The notes: a model not told the origin generated them from the sequence alone. Positions 1 through 10,519 are shown, counted from the first letter of the stretch. The stretch is 64,000 bases of DNA from an uncultured Paludibacter sp. (GCA_963664445.2 CAXXUM010000002.1:21305-85304), one strand, 5' to 3'. Made by a program: numbers and translations.

Positions 1-486
1 AAGTTATCAAAAGAAGAAACACCGATTTATGGAACGTTGACTTGTTGGTTAATGTACCTGATACCACTGCTTATATCACTGATTCTATTTATATTCTTCC
101 GCAAACAAGCTATGGAAAATGCAGATATGGATTTAGTGAAAAATAAAAAGGCCAATAAAGTAGCACTAAAACGCTTGAAATTTGCTCAACGATTATTGAA
201 AGAAGGCAAGAAGGACTCTTTCTACGAAGAAATTCTGAAAGCTGTATGGGACTATTTGAGTGATAAATTGTCAATACCAGTGGCTTCGCTTACGAAAGAA
301 AAGGTAGCTGATGAATTATCGAAAAAAGCTGTTGAAGCACCTGTTTTAAATCAATTGAATCAAATTCTAAATACTTGCGAATTTGCACGCTATGCTCCAA
401 ATTCGGGACAGCAAGAGATGGGAAATCTTTATGATGACACCATTCGGGTGATAAGTGAATTAGAAGAAATCATCAAAAAATCATAA
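1..486 (+). CDS. C-terminal part of a BatD-like (aerotolerance operon) membrane protein; the 5' end lies upstream of the window
   Basis: Frame 1 is open from nt 1 to the stop at 484-486. It has a TM segment (LMYLIPLLISLILFIFF) then a helical tail. A TPR/SH3 BatE-like gene follows directly, the usual batD-batE order. Confidence 0.5.
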   Translation, partial: KLSKEETPIYGTLTCWLMYLIPLLISLILFIFFRKQAMENADMDLVKNKKANKVALKRLKFAQRLLKEGKKDSFYEEILKAVWDYLSDKLSIPVASLTKEKVADELSKKAVEAPVLNQLNQILNTCEFARYAPNSGQQEMGNLYDDTIRVISELEEIIKKS

Positions 487-508
487 ACACAATATTTAGT
501 CAAAATAT

Positions 509-1261
509 ATGAAACGTATAGCATTGTTTTTATTTTTAGTTTTGTGTTTTTTTACTTCTACTTTTGCTCAATCTGGCACATTAAAAACGGCCAATGATTT
601 ATATGTGAAGGGCAATTTTGCAGAAGCCGCAAAACAATACGAAAAGATTCTTTCGACGGAAGGTGTTGCGCCAGAGTTATATTACAATTTAGGTAATTCA
701 TATTTCAAATCGAACGAATTGGGAATGTCTATTTTGAATTATGAGCGTGCGTTACGCTTAGCCCCGGGGTTCGATGATGCCCGATTTAATCTGGAAATGG
801 CACAGCTAAAAGTTGTTGATAATATTGTACAAACACCGACGTTCTTTTTGGGTCGCTGGATTACTAATTTTATTAAGCTTCTGACCTCAAATGGCTGGAT
901 AATTATGAGTGTAATCTCATTTGTTATTTGTCTGATAGCCGGTTTTTTGTTTATTTTAGGCTCTACACGATATGTGCGCAAAAACTCCTTTTATTTGGGT
1001 ACCATACTCTTTGGAATTAGTTTAGTAACCTTAGTTTTTGCGGGAATTAGGAATGACCAAATGAAAAAACACAACGAAGCGATTATTATGACCGGAGTTG
1101 TGACTGCTAAAGGTTCGCCGGATAAAAGCGGTACAGACTTATTCCAACTGCATGAAGGAACCAAAGTAAGCCTGAAGAGTACGTTGGGTAACTGGATTGA
1201 AATAAAGTTGGGAAATGGAAGTGTCGGTTGGGTAGAAAAGGATAATATTGTAAAGATATAA
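509..1261 (+). CDS. TPR-repeat membrane protein with C-terminal SH3-like domain (BatE-like)
   Basis: Signal peptide, TPR-like repeats (AEAAKQYEKIL, YYNLGNSYFK, NYERALRLAP), two TM helices and a C-terminal SH3b-like segment (GNWIEIKLGNGSVGWVEKDNI). Confidence 0.6.
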   Translation: MKRIALFLFLVLCFFTSTFAQSGTLKTANDLYVKGNFAEAAKQYEKILSTEGVAPELYYNLGNSYFKSNELGMSILNYERALRLAPGFDDARFNLEMAQLKVVDNIVQTPTFFLGRWITNFIKLLTSNGWIIMSVISFVICLIAGFLFILGSTRYVRKNSFYLGTILFGISLVTLVFAGIRNDQMKKHNEAIIMTGVVTAKGSPDKSGTDLFQLHEGTKVSLKSTLGNWIEIKLGNGSVGWVEKDNIVKI

Positions 1262-1315
1262 GTCTCGTCTATTGTCTTAAACTCATTTTATATCAAACAA
1301 TTATACACTGCCTTA

Positions 1316-1990
1316 ATGAATCTATTTGAATCGCTTCTACTTTTGGACAAGAACTTGTTCATACTCATCAATGGATTGCATTCTTCATTTTGGGACGGAG
1401 TTATGTTCGCCATAAGTGCTAAATACACTTGGATTCCGCTCTATATTGCGGTTTTGGCTGTTATAATAAAAAACTGGAAGCGTGAGTCTATTTGGTTGGT
1501 AATAGCGCTTGTTGGGTGTATTATTATTTCAGACCAGATTTCTTCCGGCTTAATAAAAGAGTTGGTACAAAGACTCCGCCCTTCTCATACTCCCGAACTC
1601 AGGAATATGGTTCATTTAGTGAATGGATATAGTGGAGGTCAGTTTGGATTTGTGTCATCGCATGCTGCCAACTCATTTGGATTTGCATTCCTTTCTTCCG
1701 CTCTTTTAAGAAATAGAAAATACACAAGTATTATTTTTTGTTGGGCAGTTTTAGTATCTTATTCGCGGATGTATTTGGGTGTACATTATCCGTTGGATAT
1801 CCTTGGTGGTGCATTAGTAGGCGTTCTGGCTGCATTAGCGTGTTATTACGCTATTATTAAACTACGTCCCTCACTACTTTTCCCTCACAATGATTATTCG
1901 GTAGTTGGAAGGCCTAAAATTGTTCTTCCGTTGTGTGTTTTCGGACTTTCTATTGTTGGGATCGTAATTTATAGCCTAGCTGTTTTTTAG
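1316..1990 (+). CDS. PAP2-family phosphatase (undecaprenyl-diphosphatase / lipid phosphatase-like)
   Basis: The three PAP2 motifs are present: KELVQRLRP, FVSSHAANSF and SRMYLGVHYPLD. The protein is a multi-TM type. Confidence 0.8.
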   Translation: MNLFESLLLLDKNLFILINGLHSSFWDGVMFAISAKYTWIPLYIAVLAVIIKNWKRESIWLVIALVGCIIISDQISSGLIKELVQRLRPSHTPELRNMVHLVNGYSGGQFGFVSSHAANSFGFAFLSSALLRNRKYTSIIFCWAVLVSYSRMYLGVHYPLDILGGALVGVLAALACYYAIIKLRPSLLFPHNDYSVVGRPKIVLPLCVFGLSIVGIVIYSLAVF

Positions 1991-2973
1991 GGTTGAAAGC
2001 TCCAAAAATCGTTCAACACATTGGTGTCATTATCCCCAAAACCAATGTAGCCTTTGCCGTTGATAGTAAATGAAATGGAATTTTCACGCCCTTCGGCAGG
2101 CAGATTTCCTCTTTCATACCACACATTTCGGATAATGTCATATTCCAGTATATCCGATTTTACATTTCCGCCTGTTTCCGGACCTCCGAAATGTCTGCCT
2201 GTAGCAACGAATATCCGTTTATTTATAGCTAAACTTACAGCATTTTCGCGACCATCATCCGGCATCGATTTCAACTTTTTCCACGAATCGTTTATTGGAA
2301 AGTATTCCCACCAATCTGTTTCGCTCAGCGTTCTGTAACCTGTACCAAAGAATATATGCTCACCGTTTGAGCATGCAACGGCGCAAGCTCTGTGTGCACC
2401 TTCAAAATCCTTTAATGCCACCCATTTGTCCTGAGATGGGATATACTTCCAGAATTCTCTTGAGAAATAAGAATTGTCAAAGCCAGAGCCGACATAAACG
2501 CAATTGTTATAGGTGAAACTAACACAGGCATTTGCTGCTTTGCTGGGTAAGTCTGCTTTTCTTGTCCAACTATCGTTTTTTGCATCGTACATCCAAAAAT
2601 CAGTTAAGACTCCACCAGTGTAAGCACCTTGGTTTCTTCTGAATCCAAGACCCACGTATGCCGTGTCGTTGAGTACTGTAGCCATTGCTTTTACGCGTCC
2701 AATACCTGGGAAGGGTGCTTTTTTCGTCCAACTATCGTAGTTGGGATCATATTGCCAGCAATCCTTTAGTGAGTCTGTATATTCGGCGTTTCTACCCAAC
2801 GTTACGTACGCTTTTCCATCAATAACAAAAGCTACTGATGATGCTCTGCCAATTCCCGGCATGGGAGTTTTTTTTTCGAAAGTAATGGTTGGGTAGGGTG
2901 AATCAACGGCATTATTGCAGCTGATTAAGACTAATAGAAGAGATAGAAAGGCAATAGGTTTTGTGAAATGCAT
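1987..2973 (-). CDS. Kelch-type beta-propeller lipoprotein
   Basis: Signal peptide with lipobox (LLVLISC). Repeated blades have the pattern DxW.Y....D.W..K. Confidence 0.6.
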   Translation of the reverse strand: MHFTKPIAFLSLLLVLISCNNAVDSPYPTITFEKKTPMPGIGRASSVAFVIDGKAYVTLGRNAEYTDSLKDCWQYDPNYDSWTKKAPFPGIGRVKAMATVLNDTAYVGLGFRRNQGAYTGGVLTDFWMYDAKNDSWTRKADLPSKAANACVSFTYNNCVYVGSGFDNSYFSREFWKYIPSQDKWVALKDFEGAHRACAVACSNGEHIFFGTGYRTLSETDWWEYFPINDSWKKLKSMPDDGRENAVSLAINKRIFVATGRHFGGPETGGNVKSDILEYDIIRNVWYERGNLPAEGRENSISFTINGKGYIGFGDNDTNVLNDFWSFQP

Positions 2974-3009
2974 ATGATTCTGTGTGAAGTTGCAGGACGA
3001 TTGGTTATC

Positions 3010-3765
3010 TTAAATTCTCACTTCTACACCTTTTTCCTTCAAAAAAGACTTTAATTCGGGAATTCCAATTTCTTTGTAGTGAAAAATACTTGCAGCTAAT
3101 GCCGCATCAGCTTTACCTTCGCCAAACACATCTACAAAATGTTCCATCGTTCCTGCACCACCACTGGCAATAACGGGGACGTTTACTGCTTCGGAAACAG
3201 CACGGGTAATATCCAACGCGAATCCATCCTTTGTACCATCGTTATTCATGGAGGTTAGCAGAATTTCTCCTGCACCTAGCGAAACGGCTTGTTTAGCCCA
3301 TTCTACAGTACGAATATCTGTTGGGATGCGGCCGCCATTGAGGAATACAAACCATTCACCATTCATAAATTTGGTATCGATAGCTAAAACAACACACTGA
3401 CTTCCAAACTGGTTGGCCAGGTCGCTGATAAGTTGTGGGTTGCGAACCGCTGAAGTGTTTACTGAAATTTTATCAGCACCACAAGCCAGTAAAACCGACA
3501 CATCCTCCACACTCGAAATTCCACCACCAACAGTAAATGGAATATTGATATGTTTTGCAATGCGCGTAACCAGTTCTGACAAGGTTTTACGCTTTTCGTT
3601 GGTAGCAGTGATGTCGAGGAAAACCAGTTCATCAGCACCCATTTGTGCGTACAATGCTCCAAGTTCTACGGGATCACCCACATCAGTGATATTCTCGAAA
3701 TTAATTCCTTTTACAGTTTGTCCGTTTTTGATATCCAAACAGGGTATGATTCGTTTAGCTAACAT
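3010..3765 (-). CDS. hisF: Imidazole glycerol phosphate synthase cyclase subunit HisF
   Basis: Full-length 251 aa with canonical HisF blocks: [40 protein letters not shown]. Confidence 0.95.
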   Translation of the reverse strand: MLAKRIIPCLDIKNGQTVKGINFENITDVGDPVELGALYAQMGADELVFLDITATNEKRKTLSELVTRIAKHINIPFTVGGGISSVEDVSVLLACGADKISVNTSAVRNPQLISDLANQFGSQCVVLAIDTKFMNGEWFVFLNGGRIPTDIRTVEWAKQAVSLGAGEILLTSMNNDGTKDGFALDITRAVSEAVNVPVIASGGAGTMEHFVDVFGEGKADAALAASIFHYKEIGIPELKSFLKEKGVEVRI

Positions 3766-3794
3766 CTTATTTATAGAATTTTATTTGTTGAAAT

Positions 3795-5110
3795 TTAGAG
3801 GTTTGACGCTTTTAAAGCTGATTGGTCTTCGTTCCACTCTCCAAACGACACAGATTGTATTGTGTTGACCAATGATTTTTCAAAAGGTCTTTCAACCCGT
3901 ATGTAATTGTTCGTAAAGCCTACCATGTTATCGTCCTTTTGTCTGCTTTCCCAAAGTACAAGTCCGGTTTTACCCATTTGTTGCTCGTAAAACAGTTTCG
4001 TTTTTTCATCGGATAGAACATGTAACACATCGCTTCTTCGTTTGCGTTCGGGAATTGAAACAGTATGTTCGATTTCAAGCATTTTTGTGCCCGCGCGTTC
4101 GGAATAACTAAAAACATGAAGCTGAGATATATCTAAGCTTTGAATAAATGTTTTTGCCTGTTCAAATAATTCGTCGGTTTCACCCTTCACACCCACAATC
4201 ACATCCACGCCTATAAATGCATCGGCATTTGGTTTTTGATAGTGGATACTTTATTGGCAAAAAGTTCGGTAGTATAACGGCGTTTCATCAGTTGCAACAC
4301 TTCGTTTGATCCGGATTGTAACGGAATATGGAAATGCGGCATAAAATGATTACTTTTCGACACAAATTCAATCAATTCATTTGTCAATAGATTTGGTTCG
4401 ATGGAAGAAATGCGAAAACGAATTTCGTGAGGAAGTGCATCCAGTACTTTTACCAGATCGAAGAATGTTTCGCCGGTTGATTTACCGAAATCTCCTGTAT
4501 TTATACCGGTTAGAACAATCTCTTTTGCACCTTCTTCTATGGCTTGAACGGCCATTGCTACCGTGTCTTTAACTGTTGCGTTACGACTCCGACCGCGTGC
4601 AAAAGGAATGGTGCAATAGGTGCAATAATAATCGCAACCGTCTTGCACTTTTAAGAAATAGCGCGTTCTATCATCACGAGAACACGAAGGCTTAAAATCT
4701 TTTACGTCCTGAATGCGTATACGATGTATTTCGCCATTCTTTTCGTTATCTAATTTAGTCAGATATTCGAGAATACTGAATTTTTCGTTTGCTCCGAGCA
4801 CTAAGTCAACGCCTTGTATCGCAGCAATTTCATCAGGTTTTAGTTGTGCGTAACAACCCGTAACTACCATTATGGCGTTGGGGTGCTGACGATTAAGTCT
4901 GTTGATGGCCTGACGACATTTATGGTCGGCAGTGTCGGTTACCGAGCAGGTATTTATTATGCAAACATCGGCTTGCTCGCCGGCTTTAGCTTTTACAAAT
5001 CCTTCATCACTCAATTGTTTGCCAATAGCCGACGTTTCGGCAAAATTCAGCTTACAACCCAGAGTGTGAAAGGCTACTTTTTTATTGTTAAATAATGTAT
5101 TATCAATCAT
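3795..5110 (-). pseudogene. mtaB: tRNA methylthiotransferase MtaB (MiaB-like radical SAM enzyme) interrupted by a 1-nt frameshift
   Basis: ORF 4211..5191 carries the MTTase N-domain and the radical-SAM CDYYCTYC motif. ORF 3795..4208 carries the rest plus a TRAM-like end. The frames differ by one base at about 4223. The likely true start is ATG 5110 (MIDNTLF), because a TACCTTTG -7 box lies at 5136-5143. Confidence 0.8.
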
Positions 5111-5135
5111 TTTAGAGGGGACAAATTTACTTGTA

Positions 5136-5143
5136 CAAAGGTA
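5136..5143 (-). promoter_or_regulatory. Bacteroidota-type -7 box (TACCTTTG) for mtaB
   Basis: Matches TAnnTTTG about 26 nt upstream of ATG 5110. Confidence 0.5.
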
Positions 5144-5331
5144 GTAAAAAAAAAGAATAACCGATTTAATGGTATTTTTTGTTGCAGCCATAAACGCATA
5201 GCAATGAGTAGTTGTTTATTTTACACCTAAATTTATGTGTTTTAAAATTGGATGCAGTCTTAAAGAGTTTTTATTTTGATGAAGAATGCAACTTATTTGG
5301 GAGAAATGATTGGAAATGTAAAACAATTAAC

Positions 5332-5339
5332 TATTTTTG
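5332..5339 (+). promoter_or_regulatory. -7 box (TATTTTTG) for the OMP/PagL-like gene
   Basis: Matches TAnnTTTG 80 nt upstream of 5419. Confidence 0.45.
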
Positions 5340-5418
5340 TAGGCGCAAATCATTTGTGTCTACTTAAACATAAAATCAACACATTGCGACTGAAATACAT
5401 ATTATATAAACTGAATAA

Positions 5419-6663
5419 ATGATGAGAACCTGCTTTTTAAAAATTTACATTTCACTTTTCTTTTTCCTTGTTTCCATATCTGTTTTTGCTCAGGACGAAC
5501 GAGCACAAATTCCGTCTATTTTACAAAAAGCCTATTTCGAAGTAAATATAGGTTCCATTGATTATGATTTTACGCAGTTTCAACCCGAAGCCGGCTTTTC
5601 ATTTCAGTCGTTGAAAGTGCCGCATCCCGCAGTACGTCTGGTTTTGTTTGGTTATGAGTTTAATAAATATTTGTCTGCACAACTAACTTATATGCGTCCG
5701 GTTACCTGGGTGAAATATCAATACAAAACGGATGCCACCGGTGCAATTGGACAAAGAACGATATGGATGAATGTGGGAGGTTTAACCCTGAAACCTCAAT
5801 TGCCTATCACTGATCGGTTTTCTGTTTATGGAGAAGCGGGTTTAGGAATCGTTACCCGAAGTGGATTTAATGATGATATTACGAAGAAACCGGTAATTAC
5901 CGACGCCAATTATGCTACATTTCTTTTTGGTGGAGGATTAAAATATAATGTAAGTAAAAGTATGTCTTTGCAACTGACAACTGCTTATTCTCCGGCGCAA
6001 CCGTCCGAAAAGCAACCTTCTACATCCTTCGTGGCTGCCGGTTTTTCATACCGACTCCAAAAAGTGTCGGATAAAAAGATTGAAAAAGCAGCTGAAGTTG
6101 GGTATATTCACCCGAAACACATGTTACAAATCGGATATTCGAGTAATGTATTGGGTTATGGAGTGAATAATTTTGTGTCGAGCGATAAATTCCCGATTTT
6201 TTGGGGTGGTGATGTGGAAGTGTTTCAAGGGGTGTCACTTACTTATCAGCAGAATATATTTCACACGGCTAAGGTGTTTTCACTTGATTGGGGCGTGAGT
6301 ACATCTTATTGGCAAAGTAAGGGTAGGGGCACTGGTTTAAGCAATTCAAACAAGCAGGATTTCTTTACATTGTCTGTTTTTCCGGTTGCTCGTTTCACTG
6401 TATTGCATACCAAACCTTTCGATGCTTATTTCTATTATTCGGTTGCTGGGCCAACGTATATATCTAAAGTAATGATTGATGGACAAAATACAGGTAAACA
6501 CTTTACATTTCAGGATAATATGGGTGCCGGAATCTACTTTGGCGAAAAACGAAATCTGAATGCAGAACTTATGATCGGACACTATTCGAACGGAAATTTA
6601 TTTCCCCATAATGATGCTGTAAAAGTTCCATTAACCTTAAAAGTCGGATATAATTTGAATTGA
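5419..6663 (+). CDS. Outer-membrane protein: N-terminal OMP beta-barrel region fused to a PagL-like (lipid A deacylase / acyloxyacyl hydrolase family) C-terminal barrel
   Basis: Signal peptide with alternating beta-strand pattern. The C-terminal part contains HYSNG, matching the PagL His-x-Ser-Asn catalytic motif. Confidence 0.5.
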   Translation: MMRTCFLKIYISLFFFLVSISVFAQDERAQIPSILQKAYFEVNIGSIDYDFTQFQPEAGFSFQSLKVPHPAVRLVLFGYEFNKYLSAQLTYMRPVTWVKYQYKTDATGAIGQRTIWMNVGGLTLKPQLPITDRFSVYGEAGLGIVTRSGFNDDITKKPVITDANYATFLFGGGLKYNVSKSMSLQLTTAYSPAQPSEKQPSTSFVAAGFSYRLQKVSDKKIEKAAEVGYIHPKHMLQIGYSSNVLGYGVNNFVSSDKFPIFWGGDVEVFQGVSLTYQQNIFHTAKVFSLDWGVSTSYWQSKGRGTGLSNSNKQDFFTLSVFPVARFTVLHTKPFDAYFYYSVAGPTYISKVMIDGQNTGKHFTFQDNMGAGIYFGEKRNLNAELMIGHYSNGNLFPHNDAVKVPLTLKVGYNLN

Positions 6664-6706
6664 CCGACGCGAAAATAGATCTTTCTTCAACTTAAATCGC
6701 AAAACT

Positions 6707-8245
6707 ATGCTAGTAAAAACCTTTGGAGCGGCAGTTCAAGGAATTAACGCTACTATTGTTACCATCGAAGTTAATGTAAGTCAGGGAATACGGTTTATGC
6801 ATGTGGGATTGCCCGACAATGCTGTGAAAGAGAGCCACGAGCGTATTGCTTCTGCACTTGAATATACAGGGAATAAGTTGCCCCGAAAACAAATTGTTAT
6901 CAATATGGCACCTGCCGATATCCGCAAAGAAGGTTCGGCATACGATTTGGCATTGGCTATTGGCATAATGGCTGCTTCGGACAGTTTGAAGTCGGATGAG
7001 TTGGAGAACTATGTGATTATGGGCGAATTGTCGCTGGATGGAGGGTTGCAGCCCATTAAAGGCGTTTTGCCCATTGCCATCAAGGCACGTGAGGAAGGTT
7101 TTAAAGGATTCATTCTCCCCAAACAGAATGCTCGTGAAGCAGCGGTTGTGAATAATCTTGATGTATATGGAGTTGAAAGTATTACGGAAGTTATAGATTT
7201 TTTTAATGGTCAGTCAACACTTGAACCTACCATTGTAAATACCCGCGAAGAGTTTTTCAGTAATCTCAATCATTTGGAAATAAATTTTTCGGATGTAAAA
7301 GGACAGGAAAGTGTAAAACGTGCGCTGGAAGTATCGGCTGCCGGCGGACATAACATTATTATGGTTGGTCCTCCCGGAGCCGGAAAGTCTATGCTGGCCA
7401 AACGATTACCGACTATTCTACCACCATTATCGCTGCAAGAAGCATTGGAAACTACTAAAATCCATTCTGTGGCCGGTAATATCGATAGTAATACATCGCT
7501 TATTTCGCAACGTCCGTTTCGGAGCCCCCATCATACAATTTCTGATGTAGCCCTCGTAGGTGGTGGGGCATTTCCTCAGCCCGGTGAAATATCATTGGCA
7601 CATAATGGAGTACTGTTTCTGGATGAACTTCCAGAGTTTAAAAGAACGGTATTGGAAGTGATGCGTCAACCGCTCGAAGACCGTAAAATATGCATTTCGC
7701 GTGCTAAATTCTCAATTGAATATCCTGCTAGTTTTATGTTGGTGGCTTCAATGAATCCCTGTCCGTGTGGTTATTACAATCACCCCGACCGTGAATGCGT
7801 GTGCGGTCCCGGAATGGTTCAAAAATATCTGAGTCGCATATCAGGTCCATTGCTCGATCGGATTGATATTCATATTGAGATTGTGCCTGTTCCTTTCGAA
7901 AAACTGGCAGAAATGAAAGACTCTGAAACCAGTGAAGCGGTTCGTGAACGGGTTATCCGTGCCAGAGAGATTCAAGAGCAACGTTTTAAAGATATCGATG
8001 GGGTGTATTGCAATGCTCAAATGTCCTCTAAACAACAACGAACCTTTGCGTTACCCGATAAAGCAGGTTCTGAATTGCTCAAAAATGCCATGCAAAGGCT
8101 CAATTTATCGGCACGTGCCTATGATCGTATCATTAAAGTGGCTCGTACGATTGCTGATTTAGACGATTCTGAACATGTACTCTCCAACCATATTGCTGAA
8201 GCCATCAATTATAGAAATCTCGATAGAGAAGGATGGGCCGGTTGA
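6707..8245 (+). CDS. comM: YifB/ComM family Mg-chelatase-like AAA+ ATPase
   Basis: 512 aa with an N-terminal Lon-protease-like ChlI domain, Walker A GPPGAGKS, the block GVLFLDELPEF and a Cys-rich insert CPCGYY..C.CG. Confidence 0.85.
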   Translation: MLVKTFGAAVQGINATIVTIEVNVSQGIRFMHVGLPDNAVKESHERIASALEYTGNKLPRKQIVINMAPADIRKEGSAYDLALAIGIMAASDSLKSDELENYVIMGELSLDGGLQPIKGVLPIAIKAREEGFKGFILPKQNAREAAVVNNLDVYGVESITEVIDFFNGQSTLEPTIVNTREEFFSNLNHLEINFSDVKGQESVKRALEVSAAGGHNIIMVGPPGAGKSMLAKRLPTILPPLSLQEALETTKIHSVAGNIDSNTSLISQRPFRSPHHTISDVALVGGGAFPQPGEISLAHNGVLFLDELPEFKRTVLEVMRQPLEDRKICISRAKFSIEYPASFMLVASMNPCPCGYYNHPDRECVCGPGMVQKYLSRISGPLLDRIDIHIEIVPVPFEKLAEMKDSETSEAVRERVIRAREIQEQRFKDIDGVYCNAQMSSKQQRTFALPDKAGSELLKNAMQRLNLSARAYDRIIKVARTIADLDDSEHVLSNHIAEAINYRNLDREGWAG

Positions 8246-8413
8246 TATTTTAGGTTTGATATGACTGTTCTGAATATAAATACTATTGAGGAAGATTGGA
8301 AATTTAATATCGTCAGAGCGAGTTCCGGATCCGTGGTTAATAAAATCGTAAAAAATGAAAATTTACTTTTTTTGTGACAATTGAATATTATTTTATAATC
8401 TGTTATTGATTTA

Positions 8414-8453
8414 AAAAGGCTATCTCAACTAGATTGAAATAGCCTTTTTTTTT
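8414..8453 (+). terminator. Rho-independent terminator after comM/yifB
   Basis: AAGGCTAT ... ATAGCCTT followed by a T9 run. Confidence 0.7.
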
Positions 8454-8580
8454 ATAAATTTTGCTTTTTCAATCTTCTTTTTTATACAGGTAAATCGTAT
8501 TCAGTAGTTAAATGCAATCGATTTCTATACACTTGCCTATTATTTTAGCACAAATAAATCAAATTTATTGTTTATTTAAT

Positions 8581-8588
8581 TATATTTG
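8581..8588 (+). promoter_or_regulatory. -7 box (TATATTTG) upstream of the OmpA/TSP3 gene, implying a leader of about 240 nt
   Basis: It is the only TAnnTTTG match in the 586-nt gap. Confidence 0.4.
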
Positions 8589-8831
8589 CGGGGTAGTATT
8601 TAACGCGTTGTAACATAATATGGAGTCATATTTGATGATTTGTAGTAATTATTGCTACAAATCAAAAAAAATGGCACAGCTTTTGTAAAGAACGTAAACA
8701 AAATTAACCCACTGTTGTTTTATTTTCATTATTCAACTAAATTATGTCACTAAATGTGATTATACGGTATTGTTACTAAAATAATATTGGAACAGTTTAT
8801 CTCAATTAATTAATATTTAAATTAAAAACAA

Positions 8832-10395
8832 ATGAAAAAAAAGAGTCTATTATTAGTTGGCTTATTGTCAATGGTCTTGTTTGTTGGTGCTCAAACGGCT
8901 GATCAGAAAGTTGCCGTTGGTTTGTACGTCGGAAAAAATGAATACAAAGGAGATTTAGGAAACGCAATCTTTAATTATTCTCAAGTACCGTATGTTTTTG
9001 GTGGTCTGTCTGTCGCTACTTACATTTCTCCTTCTTTCGATTTAAGTCTTCAAGCTAACTCAGGTGATTATGGGTTTTTCCGCAATAATCTGGCTAACGG
9101 TAGTCTTAGTAGTCAGGGTAATCTTAGTGGAAGACTGTTTGGAACAAAGTCTGACGCGACTTTGTCTTTGCACTACAAGTTTAATAATGGCTACTTCTTA
9201 AGTAAAGATGCTAAGCTTTCTCCATTTCTAGAAGCCGGCTTTGGTTTAGCCTGGTATGGAGTTAAAGACCAAGGTGGCGTCTCTAACGCAACAAGAATGA
9301 ATACTACAGGAACTGATTTTATTGTGCCACTGGGTGCAGGTTTGAAATATCAGTTTACTAAGAGTTTTGCGTTGCAATATAAATTCGTTTATAATATCAC
9401 CAATCAAGATAAACGTGATTTCATTATTAAAAATGAAAATAATGAAGCGTTTGTTGAACATTCACTTGGTGTAATCTTCTCTTTTGGATCACCTAAAGAT
9501 TCAGACCACGATGGTGTGTCTGATAAATTGGATAAATGTCCTGATACCCCAAAAGGTGTAGCTGTTGATGCATTGGGCTGCCCAATCGATACTGATGGTG
9601 ATGGTGTAGCTGATTATTTGGATAAATGTCCTGATACTCCTGCCGGTGCAAAAGTTGATGCAATGGGTTGTCCTGTTGATACCGGACGGTGACGGTGTTG
9701 CTGACTATTTAGATAAATGTCCTTCTACTCCTGCTGGTGTAAAAGTTGATGCAAAGGGTTGCCCAATCGATTCAGATGGTGATGGCGTTGCTGATTACCT
9801 TGATAAATGTCCGGGTACTGCTAAAGGAATAAAAGTTGATGCAAAGGGTTGTCCACTAGATTCAGATGGTGATGGTGTTGCTGATAATTTAGATAAATGT
9901 CCTTCTACTCCAGCTGGTGTAAAAGTAGATGCAAACGGTTGCCCACTTGATAAAGACGGTGATGGTGTTGCTGATTATTTAGATAAATGTCCTGATGTAG
10001 CCGGTATAGCTGCAAATAAAGGATGTCCTGAAGTGAAAGCAGAAACAAAGAAAATCTTTGCTCAGGCTTTGCAAGGTATTCAATTTGAATCAGGAAAGAA
10101 TGTTATTAAGAAATCTTCTTATTCTATCCTTGATAAAGTTGTGAAGGTAATGAAAGAAAATCCTTCTTACAATTTGGAAATCAACGGACATACCGACAGT
10201 CAAGGTGCTGCCGCAACAAATCTTGAATTGTCTCAAAAACGTTCGGATGCAGTTCAGGCTTATTTGACTAAAGGTGGTATTGAAGCTTCAAGACTTACTG
10301 CAAAAGGATTTGGTGAAACTATGCCGGTTGCAGATAATGCAACTGCTGCTGGAAAAGCTAAAAACAGAAGAGTAGAGTTTAAAGTAAACTTCTAA
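8832..10395 (+). pseudogene. OmpA-family outer-membrane protein with thrombospondin type-3 (DxDxDGxxDxxD) repeats, split by a +1-nt frameshift
   Basis: ORF 8832..9692 has the signal peptide, barrel and first TSP3 repeats. ORF 9646..10395 has more TSP3 repeats and the OmpA C-terminal domain (NGHTDSQG, NRRVEF). An extra G at 9684/9685 inside a repeat unit shifts the frame. Confidence 0.8.
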
Positions 10396-10416
10396 TCTTT
10401 ATTTCATAAATTTGAG

Positions 10417-10455
10417 TCCCCATTCATTCAACAGAATGAATGGGGACTTTTTTTG
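10417..10455 (+). terminator. Rho-independent terminator after the OmpA/TSP3 gene
   Basis: TCCCCATTCATTC aaca GAATGAATGGGGA followed by CTTTTTTT. Confidence 0.8.
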
Positions 10456-10475
10456 TGCTTATATACGCTGTTTGT

Positions 10476-10519
10476 AGAAAAAAATAAAGGCTATTTCATT
10501 TTGTTGAAATAGCCTTTAT
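10476..10519 (-). terminator. Rho-independent terminator after gcvP
   Basis: TAAAGGCTATTTCA / TGAAATAGCCTTTA stem, with a T7 run on the minus strand. Confidence 0.7.

Noticed and set aside
9490-10010. Regularly spaced ~90-nt nucleotide repeats, which could superficially look like a repeat array or CRISPR
   Set aside because: They are in-frame coding repeats for thrombospondin type-3 calcium-binding motifs. There is no repeat/unique-spacer organisation and no cas genes.
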